A stretch of 64,000 nucleotides of DNA from a virus. The notes under the pieces were generated by a model. That model was not told where the DNA came from. It was given only the letters and a program-made list of their open reading frames with translations, and did no database searches. The position numbers and the translations under genes were made by a program. The DNA lies in IMG/VR virus record IMGVR_UViG_3300003321_000095, positions 7,233 to 71,232 of that record. One strand, 5' to 3'. The first letter of the stretch is position 1; each line of letters begins with the position of its first letter. Shown one piece after another: positions 1 through 7,879 of the stretch.

Positions 1-112
1 CCGACTAATCGACAAGGCTATTGTATGCCTCGTCTACATTCAACAAACTGATAACACACGTTTAAATTAATAACAAAATCCCTTATCGCTAAAAGGTCAA
101 AGCGAAACGATT

Positions 113-730
113 ATGAAAGTACAAACATGGTTACCTGTCTTTAGTGGTTTCTACAATACAATCTGGGAACCCGATACTGAAAAAGAAATAGAGTGGATCA
201 ATGAGCAACGCGCCACAAAAGGATTTGCCCCCGTTAAGTATAACGATTGTGAATGGGACAATCAAGACTACGAACAAAGAATAGCTGAAGCGGTAACCCG
301 TCACATCGGTAAAACGCTTGTTGAAAAAGGTTTTATCAAATCGTTCGAATTTGAAAGATTAGTGTCACCCCGCGAATATAATTTCATGAACGATAAAATA
401 TACGTTACGTTTAACCTCATCAAATCAAATAAGGTTGCTATTCTCAACTACCTTAACGAACATTCAGCCCAATTCGCTAACCACATCAAAGAGACTTACA
501 CGTCTCGCAGTGGTTTTATATCGAGCTATCCGAACGTACCTAGTGAATTTATGGAAGGAAAACCACTTGAACACGAACATAAGTTGGGCGCCATACTTAA
601 CTTTATTCTTTCGAATGAGAATGAAGATTTTGAGTTCCACATTTACGAAGATGTTACCGGAAATAATGAAGGTATCCAAGCATCGAACTACGAAAACCTT
701 GTGAACGGTATTGAACCTGAAAACGAATAA
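113..730 (+). CDS. conserved phage hypothetical protein (early region)
   Basis: 205-aa ORF with an AT-rich leader; motifs FSGFYNTIW, SPREYNF and TSRSGFISSY resemble a recurrent phage early-protein family; function unknown. Confidence 0.75.
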   Translation: MKVQTWLPVFSGFYNTIWEPDTEKEIEWINEQRATKGFAPVKYNDCEWDNQDYEQRIAEAVTRHIGKTLVEKGFIKSFEFERLVSPREYNFMNDKIYVTFNLIKSNKVAILNYLNEHSAQFANHIKETYTSRSGFISSYPNVPSEFMEGKPLEHEHKLGAILNFILSNENEDFEFHIYEDVTGNNEGIQASNYENLVNGIEPENE

Positions 731-751
731 CACACTTTAAACAACTATTTT

Positions 752-922
752 ATGAAAAAAGCTAAATTGATTATTGGAGTACTTGCGTTACTGTATGCGC
801 TCGCTGGCATGTTCTCGTTATCTTCGTGTTCGTCGGCACACTATTGTCCTAGCTATGGAACAGGCAAGGTAGGCGGTCACGTGTCATCACCGTACAACAC
901 GGGTTATTACGTTAGACGATAA
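752..922 (+). CDS. small lipoprotein (56 aa; not in ORF track)
   Basis: Translated by hand: MKKAKLIIGVLALLYALAGMFSLSSCSSAHYCPSYGTGKVGGHVSSPYNTGYYVRR*; basic N-terminus, hydrophobic core and LSSC lipobox. Confidence 0.75.
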   Translation: MKKAKLIIGVLALLYALAGMFSLSSCSSAHYCPSYGTGKVGGHVSSPYNTGYYVRR

Positions 923-929
923 CGATTAA

Positions 930-972
930 TCGGGAAACGGTTTAGCCGTGGTCATTCGATTGACATTCCCGA
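930..972 (+). ncRNA. mini tRNA-like element (acceptor-like stem, short hairpin, TTCGA-loop hairpin)
   Basis: TCGGGAA/TTCCCGA closing stem; ACGG-TTTAG-CCGT hairpin; GTCA-TTCGAT-TGAC T-arm-like hairpin; intergenic. Confidence 0.45.
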
Positions 973-1007
973 ACGAACTTTAAACAAACACTTAACTATT
1001 AAATTTT

Positions 1008-1340
1008 ATGAAAACAAACGAACAAAAAGAGGCTATTGAATCTCTTAAGGAAATGCTGAAACCGGGCGATACTGTTTACACGGTCGTAAAGCACGTGTCT
1101 AAATCAGGTATGACCAGACACATACAACCCTATATCGTTAGGGATGGTAAGATTGAGTCTATAGGATGGTATGTTGCCCGTGCTTTAGACTGGTCACTTG
1201 TAAAAGGAACGCATCAAATCAAAGTGGGTGGAGCGGGGATGGATATGTGTTTTCACCTCGTGTACACGTTAGGTCGTGTATTGTACGGCGGCACTAACGT
1301 AAAAGACGCTGGCTACTCATTTAATAACGAGACTATCTAA
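1008..1340 (+). CDS. conserved phage hypothetical protein
   Basis: 110 aa; LKPGDTVYT..HVSKSGM.R.I and GxGMDMxFHLVY motifs typical of a widespread phage family. Confidence 0.75.
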   Translation: MKTNEQKEAIESLKEMLKPGDTVYTVVKHVSKSGMTRHIQPYIVRDGKIESIGWYVARALDWSLVKGTHQIKVGGAGMDMCFHLVYTLGRVLYGGTNVKDAGYSFNNETI

Positions 1341-1645
1341 TGCCAGTCCAACTAAACAAAGTAGTCAGACGGCAACTTGTGTCATCTGATCGCAAAGGTC
1401 GACCGCTTATTGTCACGCTTTCACCTGGTGACATAATAAGCTTCAGACCCAAAGGTGCAAAGCGAACTGTGAGTGTTTATATAGGTCATTGTTTCACGCT
1501 TGCACAAATCGCTACCATTGACAAAGAGTATAGCAAGGCTATGGCTGATTACAACACTAGGCGTAAAGCCGGCGAACGCTATCTACGCAAGCCACGCAAG
1601 CCTACTCTATTCTATGACAAGATTTATTTTGATGCGTTACGCTAA
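1340..1645 (+). CDS. basic hypothetical protein
   Basis: 101-aa ORF coupled to the upstream stop (TAATG). Confidence 0.7.
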   Translation: MPVQLNKVVRRQLVSSDRKGRPLIVTLSPGDIISFRPKGAKRTVSVYIGHCFTLAQIATIDKEYSKAMADYNTRRKAGERYLRKPRKPTLFYDKIYFDALR

Positions 1646-1669
1646 CCAACAAATAAACCATAAGGTAAC

Positions 1670-1691
1670 AAAAGGGAGGCTTGCCCCTCCC
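1670..1691 (-). terminator. GC-rich hairpin; intrinsic terminator in the minus orientation or a processing site
   Basis: GGGAGG-CTTGCC-CCTCCC with an A-tract on the left (U-tract on the minus strand). Confidence 0.45.
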
Positions 1692-1712
1692 GCAACTTAA
1701 ATAAAACAAACT

Positions 1713-2018
1713 ATGAAAACACAACACACAAAAGGACCTTGGAAAGTCGCCGTAGACACACGTTATACACGTGGTCTGTTAGTTCGAGATAACAATGGAG
1801 AGGGTTATGTAGTCGCTGTCTGCGATTATGTGAACAATTCAAACGCTAAAGACGTAAACAATTCTATCGAAGCAAACGCACGTCTCATCGCAGCCGCGCC
1901 GGAATTGTTGGAAATCGTGAATAGATTGTTAGAATTAGTTGATAGTTCGCAAATGGCATGCGATCACAATTTGATCATAGAAGCACGTGAGGTAATCGCC
2001 AAAGCAACGGGTGAATAG
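1713..2018 (+). CDS. phage hypothetical protein (HTxGPW...ANARLIAAAPELL family)
   Basis: N-terminal HTKGPW and C-terminal EANARLIAAAPELLE signature. Confidence 0.8.
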   Translation: MKTQHTKGPWKVAVDTRYTRGLLVRDNNGEGYVVAVCDYVNNSNAKDVNNSIEANARLIAAAPELLEIVNRLLELVDSSQMACDHNLIIEAREVIAKATGE

Positions 2019-2054
2019 ACCAACTTGTAAATTCGAATTTAATAAAAAGGGGCC

Positions 2055-2564
2055 TTACGCCCCTTTACTTTCTTTCACCTCATTAATGAGCACATTCCCG
2101 TCACGCTTATAAAACTTGATGTTTGGTAACATTCGCTTGTCGTGTAAGTACATAGCTAACCGATCTTTGTCGATACTTTTAAACTCAAGTTTCACGGTGG
2201 CAAAAAGATCGTCAAACTTTATCACCCTCTCTTTTTTCTCGGCGGCCTGTTCAAAGTGTTCCTTCAAAAACTTAAAAATACCCAAGTTCTTACGTGTGAA
2301 ACCACCATCATTTTCACGGTGCTTTTTGGGATCGTCGCTGAATTTAGTAATACCTTTGTCGACAGTCTTTACCTCCACCACAGCTTGGCGAACGGCTCCT
2401 TTGTCTTCGTGGTAACGAACACGATCCGTGACGTAACCATATCTTGACATCAACCACTTGTCCAAAGCATCACTGAGCTTTTTGTTCTTCACAACGTATT
2501 CGAGAGAGGCATCTTTGATCTCATTCTCGTTCAGTTCAACTCTACCTTTCAATTCTGTTTTCAT
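2055..2564 (-). CDS. hypothetical protein, possibly DNA-binding; lone minus-strand gene in the early arm
   Basis: Open frame; ATG at 2564 preferred over TTG at 2594, which overlaps the promoter; basic protein with its own promoter. Confidence 0.65.
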   Translation of the reverse strand: MKTELKGRVELNENEIKDASLEYVVKNKKLSDALDKWLMSRYGYVTDRVRYHEDKGAVRQAVVEVKTVDKGITKFSDDPKKHRENDGGFTRKNLGIFKFLKEHFEQAAEKKERVIKFDDLFATVKLEFKSIDKDRLAMYLHDKRMLPNIKFYKRDGNVLINEVKESKGA

Positions 2565-2591
2565 AAAAGTTTGTGTGTTTTTAGTTTTCTT

Positions 2592-2623
2592 CAAATATAC
2601 AATCGAGAAAACTCTATAGTCAA
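2592..2623 (-). promoter_or_regulatory. host sigma70 (Bacteroidota-type) promoter
   Basis: Minus strand TTGACT-N18-TATATTTG; TATATTTG matches the Bacteroidota -7 consensus TAnnTTTG; about 28 nt upstream of ATG 2564. Confidence 0.65.
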
Positions 2624-2955
2624 GAGAAATATCAACAATTTTTAGATAACATTCACTTAATCAGATAGTTAAAAACAGGAATGGTGTGGATGAATCTCCA
2701 CAGTTTTGTAGAAAGAAATCGTAACTTTTGTTGTGAGTTAACGTTAAAGTGTGTATATTGACTGTTGAAACGTAACACCTAAAAATCATGCCAATTTTTA
2801 CAATTGAGATTTTTATTTTTTCTGATACCGGACGGTTCAACATCGAATGTGAGAGAGTGCGTTATCGAAAATTCGATTTTAGATTATTTGTAAATTGAAA
2901 ATGACTATAAATTTCTACTATTCTGATGGTTGTCGCAAGGCGCTGACCATCGAAC

Positions 2956-3222
2956 GTGTACTTGGCTCAGACAACAGAGGCCAGGATATTGTACAAACAC
3001 TTTTTCAGAGCGTCTCTGACATCGTTCAAGAAGGTGGTGGAGGTACAATCACTCGAAGAGCGTAACAAAGACAAGGCTCGTCTGGCAACCGCTATCAGAG
3101 CACACAACGATCTCAAGAAAAATCACAAAAGTCTCTATAAAGAGAATCGTGACGAAGTAATCAAGGCGATTGTTGGTGCAAGGACGCCGAATTGGGGATC
3201 ATTTAAACTTTCAATACAATGA
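2956..3222 (+). CDS. hypothetical protein
   Basis: 88-aa ORF with GTG start; its stop overlaps the next ATG (ATGA). Confidence 0.5.
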   Translation: MYLAQTTEARILYKHFFRASLTSFKKVVEVQSLEERNKDKARLATAIRAHNDLKKNHKSLYKENRDEVIKAIVGARTPNWGSFKLSIQ

Positions 3223-3791
3223 AAACAATAGAAATCAACAAAGAATTGGCGGCGAAAGTAGTTGAAACCGTTAATTTCGGTCTATGTTCTGGATTAGGAA
3301 CACCTGAGCCGGGTAAAATGTGCGTAGAAGCTGCTGTGAACTACGCTTGTGGTCTCCCTCATGACGATAATCCCTCATGTGTTGGAGGTGCTGTAAGAGC
3401 GTTTAAAATCGCTCTGAACGATGCTGCATGGTCAAGTAACAAAGCAAGGGGGGAAGGTATGAAAAAAATTGCCGTGGCTCAATTGGGATCTAACACACTC
3501 GATCAAATTGAGTTCTCAAGAAGAATGGCTATTAAAAACACAAACATTGTGTTACCGGTCCTCTTCAGAAAATTAAAAATGGACGAAGAAGTATCTAAAC
3601 GTTGCGAAGAGGTTAAAGATTTAGACGCCGCCGAGTCCGCCGCCAAGTCCGCCGCCGAGTCCGCCGCCGAGTCCGCCGCCTGGTCCGCCAATGATCCAGA
3701 TTTCTTCTTGAAATTGTCTGCGCAAGTATGTCTGGACGTTCTTATCGAAATGAAATCACCAGGCTGTGAATTCTTATATCTCTGTGAATGA
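3219..3791 (+). CDS. phage hypothetical protein with AAES/AAWS repeats
   Basis: 190 aa; GKMCVEAAV..ACG.PH.D.P.CV N-terminus plus an Ala-rich repeat. Confidence 0.8.
   Translation: MKTIEINKELAAKVVETVNFGLCSGLGTPEPGKMCVEAAVNYACGLPHDDNPSCVGGAVRAFKIALNDAAWSSNKARGEGMKKIAVAQLGSNTLDQIEFSRRMAIKNTNIVLPVLFRKLKMDEEVSKRCEEVKDLDAAESAAKSAAESAAESAAWSANDPDFFLKLSAQVCLDVLIEMKSPGCEFLYLCE
3627..3689 (+). repeat. 12-bp tandem repeat (GCCGCCGAGTCC) x about 5, in frame
   Basis: Directly visible; encodes AAES-AAKS-AAES-AAES-AAWS; GC-rich island in an AT-rich genome. Confidence 0.95.
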
Positions 3792-4201
3792 TTACGCACA
3801 AAGTCACAACGGAGACTTATATCTATCCTGTCTATAAGGGGTCGCAGCGAGTTCAGGAGAACGGAAGAGCGCCTCTAGGACTGATTTGTACGGGTAACAG
3901 CGGCATTATGATTTCTCAGGCTATCTGGACACATCTCCCTCACAAAGATATCTGTGAGATATTCTACATTCGAAAAAAGAACGAGATTTCACACGGATAT
4001 ACTGACGTGATGGGAACACCTGATATCTTGATTCTTGTCGACGATTTCATCAGTCTTGGTCACACAATGCACGAGATCTCTAAAAATCTCTCTCATCTTC
4101 AGAGATCAAATGTGAAAGCAATCGCTGTTCAGGCGACGGAAATTCAAATCGAAAATTCAGTCCTTCCTCTCTTTCCAAACATCAACCACTTAATCTCATG
4201 A
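3788..4201 (+). CDS. type I phosphoribosyltransferase-like protein
   Basis: ILILVDDFISLGHTM matches the PRPP-binding loop (hhhVDDhhxxGxT); IRKK flexible-loop-like motif. Confidence 0.6.
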   Translation: MITHKVTTETYIYPVYKGSQRVQENGRAPLGLICTGNSGIMISQAIWTHLPHKDICEIFYIRKKNEISHGYTDVMGTPDILILVDDFISLGHTMHEISKNLSHLQRSNVKAIAVQATEIQIENSVLPLFPNINHLIS

Positions 4202-4311
4202 AAAAACATCAAGATTCTAATGATTATCCACTCTATCTTCGCAAGAATGGTACGAAAATTGCACAAATAGGCACTCTTGCTACATCACGCGAGAAACTAT
4301 TTCTCTCTATT

Positions 4312-4341
4312 TGTAACGTTTTAGGTCTGAAATCCGTTAAA
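4312..4341 (+). promoter_or_regulatory. putative ECF-sigma promoter (TGTAAC-N17-CGTTAAA)
   Basis: Same motif and spacing as 57881-57910 and 62008-62037; 11 nt upstream of ATG 4353. Confidence 0.55.
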
Positions 4342-4352
4342 TTGAGTTAGTT

Positions 4353-4640
4353 ATGAAAGAAGCCACCCCAGACGCTCAGAAGCGCACACCGATTGTTGCT
4401 AAGGTAATTGATAAATTACAAGAATTGGATTATAATGGTTTGTCATGGGATCTTTCAGAGGAAAATGCCGCCCTCCTCGCCGAGCGCGACCAGCTACGAA
4501 AGGAACTGAAAACACTAGTGAAAGCATTAACAGAAATTGCAAAAGTGATGCCCGATGATTTTAACTGGCCCGGGGCTTTAGGTGAAGTACATCGGATCGC
4601 TGACGCCGCTCTCTCCACACTACAGACAGATAAAACGTAA
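4353..4640 (+). CDS. hypothetical coiled-coil protein
   Basis: 95-aa ORF in a tightly packed + strand operon. Confidence 0.65.
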   Translation: MKEATPDAQKRTPIVAKVIDKLQELDYNGLSWDLSEENAALLAERDQLRKELKTLVKALTEIAKVMPDDFNWPGALGEVHRIADAALSTLQTDKT

Positions 4641-4646
4641 AGAGAT

Positions 4647-4886
4647 ATGACGGATAAGCAATGGGTAAAAATAATCGATAAGAGCGTCAAACACCTAAAG
4701 ATTGCATTCTCTTTGCGTGTAACAGCTGAGGAAGAATATGTGAAGCGATACGGCAATCATCCTTCTGAAATAGACGATGATTGGTGGATTGACACTCTTC
4801 ATTATGCGAGAGGAACAACAGATCTTAGTAAAATCATCGAAAGCGCCGAACTTCATAAAAGAAGAATTCAAAGTAAAAATCGTTAA
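4647..4886 (+). CDS. hypothetical protein
   Basis: 79-aa ORF, operonic. Confidence 0.65.
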   Translation: MTDKQWVKIIDKSVKHLKIAFSLRVTAEEEYVKRYGNHPSEIDDDWWIDTLHYARGTTDLSKIIESAELHKRRIQSKNR

Positions 4887-4920
4887 CCCAGACAGATAAA
4901 CAAGAATGAGTAAGGCATAT

Positions 4921-5055
4921 AACTGTGGGTGAGCGCAAGCAATAGAGCAGTTTCCGGGGTAGTTTCCCTTAACGATCCGGGCAAAACCAGTGAGCTTATC
5001 GCGGCTAACCAATAGTCAGAAGCTGGTAAAATAGGGACAATCGGGAAAGACCGAT
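4921..5055 (+). ncRNA. putative structured ncRNA ending in a GACA-stem-GGAAAGAC-stem module (copy 1)
   Basis: Intergenic; stems AACTG/CAGTT enclosing GC-GCAA-GC, CCGG/CCGG, ACCAG/CTGGT with GCTT/AAGC and GGCTA/TAGTC, then GACA-ATCG-GGAAAGAC-CGAT. Confidence 0.6.
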
Positions 5056-5092
5056 AAACTTTAATCCTCTACAGATAAACAGAGATAGGAAG

Positions 5093-5344
5093 ATGAAAGC
5101 AACAGAGGCAAAAGAATTGTCAGAAAAAGCAGAAAAGGAAGCTAGCGATAGAGATTTAAAAGACCTAGAGATTGTTTTTGATAAAATCAAACGTGCAGCT
5201 AACGAAGGTCGCCGAAGTATCAAACCTGGGTATGTAACGCCACGACAAAAGACGGTCCTACTTGGTCTTGGTTATATCTTTAGTACCGAGACAGAATTCG
5301 ATCAAAGGCAAGGCGATTATGAAGTCACAGTTATTAAATGGTAA
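5093..5344 (+). CDS. hypothetical protein
   Basis: 83 aa; IKRAANEG...LGY...VIKW pattern common in small phage proteins. Confidence 0.7.
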   Translation: MKATEAKELSEKAEKEASDRDLKDLEIVFDKIKRAANEGRRSIKPGYVTPRQKTVLLGLGYIFSTETEFDQRQGDYEVTVIKW

Positions 5345-5356
5345 CCCCCTTCCTCT

Positions 5357-5704
5357 ATGAAGAGCGACAAACCAGAACGCGATAATTCTATGATCTTAGG
5401 ATCACCAGAAAGAAACTGGCCTGAAGATTTCGAGCACGAGAACGGCAACTACGTGAACAAGTGTGGAGGCTGTGGTGAATATTTCAAAGGGCACAAGCGC
5501 CGTGTTCGTTGTAAATTATGCGATTCATCACAAGACATGAGCACCGACACACAAGACACTGAGAGATGCTTCCATTGTGGGAAGACGCGAGACGAGCATG
5601 TGAAGTTATTAATGAATACTTTAACATTCTATTTCTGTGACACCTATATGTCACGCACAACTTACTTCCCTCGAAAATCCAAAAGCCAACCACCAAAGCA
5701 ATGA
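5357..5704 (+). CDS. zinc-finger phage protein
   Basis: RNWPEDFEHENGNY..KCGGC..YF.GHKRR..CKLC plus a second CxxC. Confidence 0.7.
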   Translation: MKSDKPERDNSMILGSPERNWPEDFEHENGNYVNKCGGCGEYFKGHKRRVRCKLCDSSQDMSTDTQDTERCFHCGKTRDEHVKLLMNTLTFYFCDTYMSRTTYFPRKSKSQPPKQ

Positions 5705-6057
5705 ATAAGAAAGTAACAGGGTTTAATAACTTTTGCAGGGTCTTTGAACTACCCGAAAAGTTCTCGTCCGAATACTGTTTCGGCGGAGGAATAACAACAA
5801 CTTTTAAAATGGTTGATTGGTTTAACCCTCTGCCGCTGCCGCAATGGGCTATTTCGGAAGATCAATACAAGAAACTCATTGAATCAGGTGATATGGAAGA
5901 GAGTCCTGATCACTCGGCTGAATATACCGAATCGACAGAAGCAGACCTGATTGCATTCATACAAAAGAAGAAGTATTGCATTAATGGTCGTAAGTATCTT
6001 GTCATTTTTAATTTCGACCACGTTTTGATTTTCACATGCATCAAACCTCAGGAGTAA
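5701..6057 (+). CDS. hypothetical protein
   Basis: 118-aa ORF with ATGA coupling. Confidence 0.7.
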   Translation: MNKKVTGFNNFCRVFELPEKFSSEYCFGGGITTTFKMVDWFNPLPLPQWAISEDQYKKLIESGDMEESPDHSAEYTESTEADLIAFIQKKKYCINGRKYLVIFNFDHVLIFTCIKPQE

Positions 6058-6077
6058 AACAATAAAGCATTTAATTC

Positions 6078-6341
6078 ATGACCCTCGACCAACTAGAGCA
6101 ACTCGTAAGGAAAAGAGCAGAAGCGCGTTATCCATTAATTCCGCAAGATCAAATAAATGAGACTCCTTTTGAGCGTGATCGTGAAGAAATGAAACTCGCC
6201 AACAGGCATTCCAAGATGCAGCAAGGCGCATTTATTGAGGCCGGTCTCGAATTCGGGCGGCTCATGTTCGATAGAGGTTATGAAAAGGGGCAGCAAGACA
6301 TAGATGATTACAATTATCGAAAAGAACAAGACAGTAACTAA
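6078..6341 (+). CDS. hypothetical protein
   Basis: 87-aa ORF, operonic. Confidence 0.65.
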   Translation: MTLDQLEQLVRKRAEARYPLIPQDQINETPFERDREEMKLANRHSKMQQGAFIEAGLEFGRLMFDRGYEKGQQDIDDYNYRKEQDSN

Positions 6342-6348
6342 CTAACAA

Positions 6349-6738
6349 ATGAAAATAGAATCAGTAAAAGAGAACTACAAAAAGTCGTACACAACAGCGA
6401 ACGGCACGTTCTACGTGCATGGACTCACCTTCGAAGGTGACAAGACGGTCCACGAGTTACACGCAAAGAAAGACACCTGTAAGTACAAACCAGGTGAAGA
6501 TGTTGATGCCGAGTTCAGTAAAGTTGGTATCAACAATCGTGTAAAGATCAAGGCTCCGAATACTTTCAACGGTGGAGGAGGATCTCGTCCTAGTACACCG
6601 GCAACATCTTCCAAAGCAAGTATCTGGCTCCAAATCTTTCAAGGAATTTGTACGCTGAAAAGCAACGATGAGAAGACTTCTCTCGTTAGAGTAGTAGAAG
6701 AGACCGACAAACTGGTTGAAAAAGTCTCGGCACTCTAA
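6349..6738 (+). CDS. putative ssDNA-binding (OB-fold) protein
   Basis: Beta-rich N-terminal domain with aromatic residues, Gly-rich linker (NGGGGSR) and helical tail; located in the replication block. Confidence 0.45.
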   Translation: MKIESVKENYKKSYTTANGTFYVHGLTFEGDKTVHELHAKKDTCKYKPGEDVDAEFSKVGINNRVKIKAPNTFNGGGGSRPSTPATSSKASIWLQIFQGICTLKSNDEKTSLVRVVEETDKLVEKVSAL

Positions 6739-6812
6739 AATGAAACACCTACAAACACTAACTACAATAATTGGCTACATAATAGTTATTGTTTCACTTT
6801 TTAAACTTTTCT

Positions 6813-6995
6813 ATGTCTAAAAAAATGTTCGCTCTGTCCCAAGAGCAACTCACCAATCTCCTCAAGTATCTCGCTACACGCCCCTATCAAGAAGTAGCAC
6901 AGGCCATCCAGGAATATTCTAATCTCCCCCTCGTCGATGTCACTTACCCAGAACCAACTACCCCCGAAACGATCCCAACGCCGACTCCTCAATAA
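6813..6995 (+). CDS. small hypothetical protein (YLATRPYQEV family)
   Basis: LLKYLATRPYQEVAQAI motif seen in small phage proteins; start at internal ATG (MSKK) preferred. Confidence 0.55.
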   Translation: MSKKMFALSQEQLTNLLKYLATRPYQEVAQAIQEYSNLPLVDVTYPEPTTPETIPTPTPQ

Positions 6996-7141
6996 AGACG
7001 ACCGACTCCGTATCAAAGCTGTAGACCAGGCTATTCAATTTATGAATGGCCGGTCTGTGGCAGATCTCGACAAAACTTCTAAACAGTTCAAGACTGTGTA
7101 TGAAGAAATTTACAATTTTTTAACTAATAAACCCTATCGAA

Positions 7142-7429
7142 ATGGCTGATCAAAGACCACCAAAACAATACATCAATAAAATATTTATCTCTAAGAAGTG
7201 GGAGGATAAGGCAAATGATTCCGTGCTTTACTCTGTTGGCATCGTTGTTGACGACTTCATCAAAGAACTGAAGAAACATCCGACTAATGACAAAGGTATT
7301 CTCAACCTAACCCTGGTAACTCAGAAGACAGACAAGAACAAGATGAGTTTGTTCTATGAGGAGTGGAAAGGTAAACCCAAAGATAATATCGCTCCCGGTA
7401 AAGATGACGAAGATTCGCTTCCTTTTTAG
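7142..7429 (+). CDS. SSB-like protein with acidic DDEDSLPF tail
   Basis: C-terminal D-D-x-x-x-L-P-F is the canonical SSB interaction tail. Confidence 0.55.
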   Translation: MADQRPPKQYINKIFISKKWEDKANDSVLYSVGIVVDDFIKELKKHPTNDKGILNLTLVTQKTDKNKMSLFYEEWKGKPKDNIAPGKDDEDSLPF

Positions 7430-7430
7430 C

Positions 7431-7721
7431 ATGAAAACAGTCAAAATCAACGTTACCAAATATCAGATAGAGAATGGGACGAGAGTTTCACCGTATAATT
7501 GCCCGATTGCCAGGGCTATTCGCAGAAATATAATGATCAAAGGTGATAGGTATAAGGATGTCAGTGTCGGAGCGGACAACGTAGATATCTTCTCTCTACC
7601 TAAGACAGTAAACGTCAAATTACCAAAAGAAGCGAAAGAGTTTATACGTCGTTTCGATAGTGGTCTTCCAGTCAAACCTTTCTCTTTTACCTTACGTGTA
7701 CCCGACAAATTTGCGAAATGA
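7431..7721 (+). CDS. phage hypothetical protein (CPIARAI family)
   Basis: MKTVKINVT...NCPIARAI...LP.EA..FIRRFD.G..V.PF.F; start at MKTV preferred. Confidence 0.65.
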   Translation: MKTVKINVTKYQIENGTRVSPYNCPIARAIRRNIMIKGDRYKDVSVGADNVDIFSLPKTVNVKLPKEAKEFIRRFDSGLPVKPFSFTLRVPDKFAK

Positions 7722-7879
7722 ACGAAAGCGAACTCGAACAACTACTCGCTAACACTAATTTCTCAGAGAAAGAGAAGAATAGGTGGAGACGGCTCTACAT
7801 GGAGAGCGATCCTCTCGAAATAGCCGACATGAGAGAATCATTGTTATCACAACAATACGACGAAAGAGAGGAGGACTGA

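Noticed and set aside
2777-2794. Fifth sigma54 site TTGGCATGATTTTTAGG
   Set aside because: Good -24 element but -12 reads TTAG instead of TTGC; kept only as a weak possibility.
2595-2955. A true CRISPR mini-array
   Set aside because: Only one repeat-like unit found; no second copy at spacer distance.
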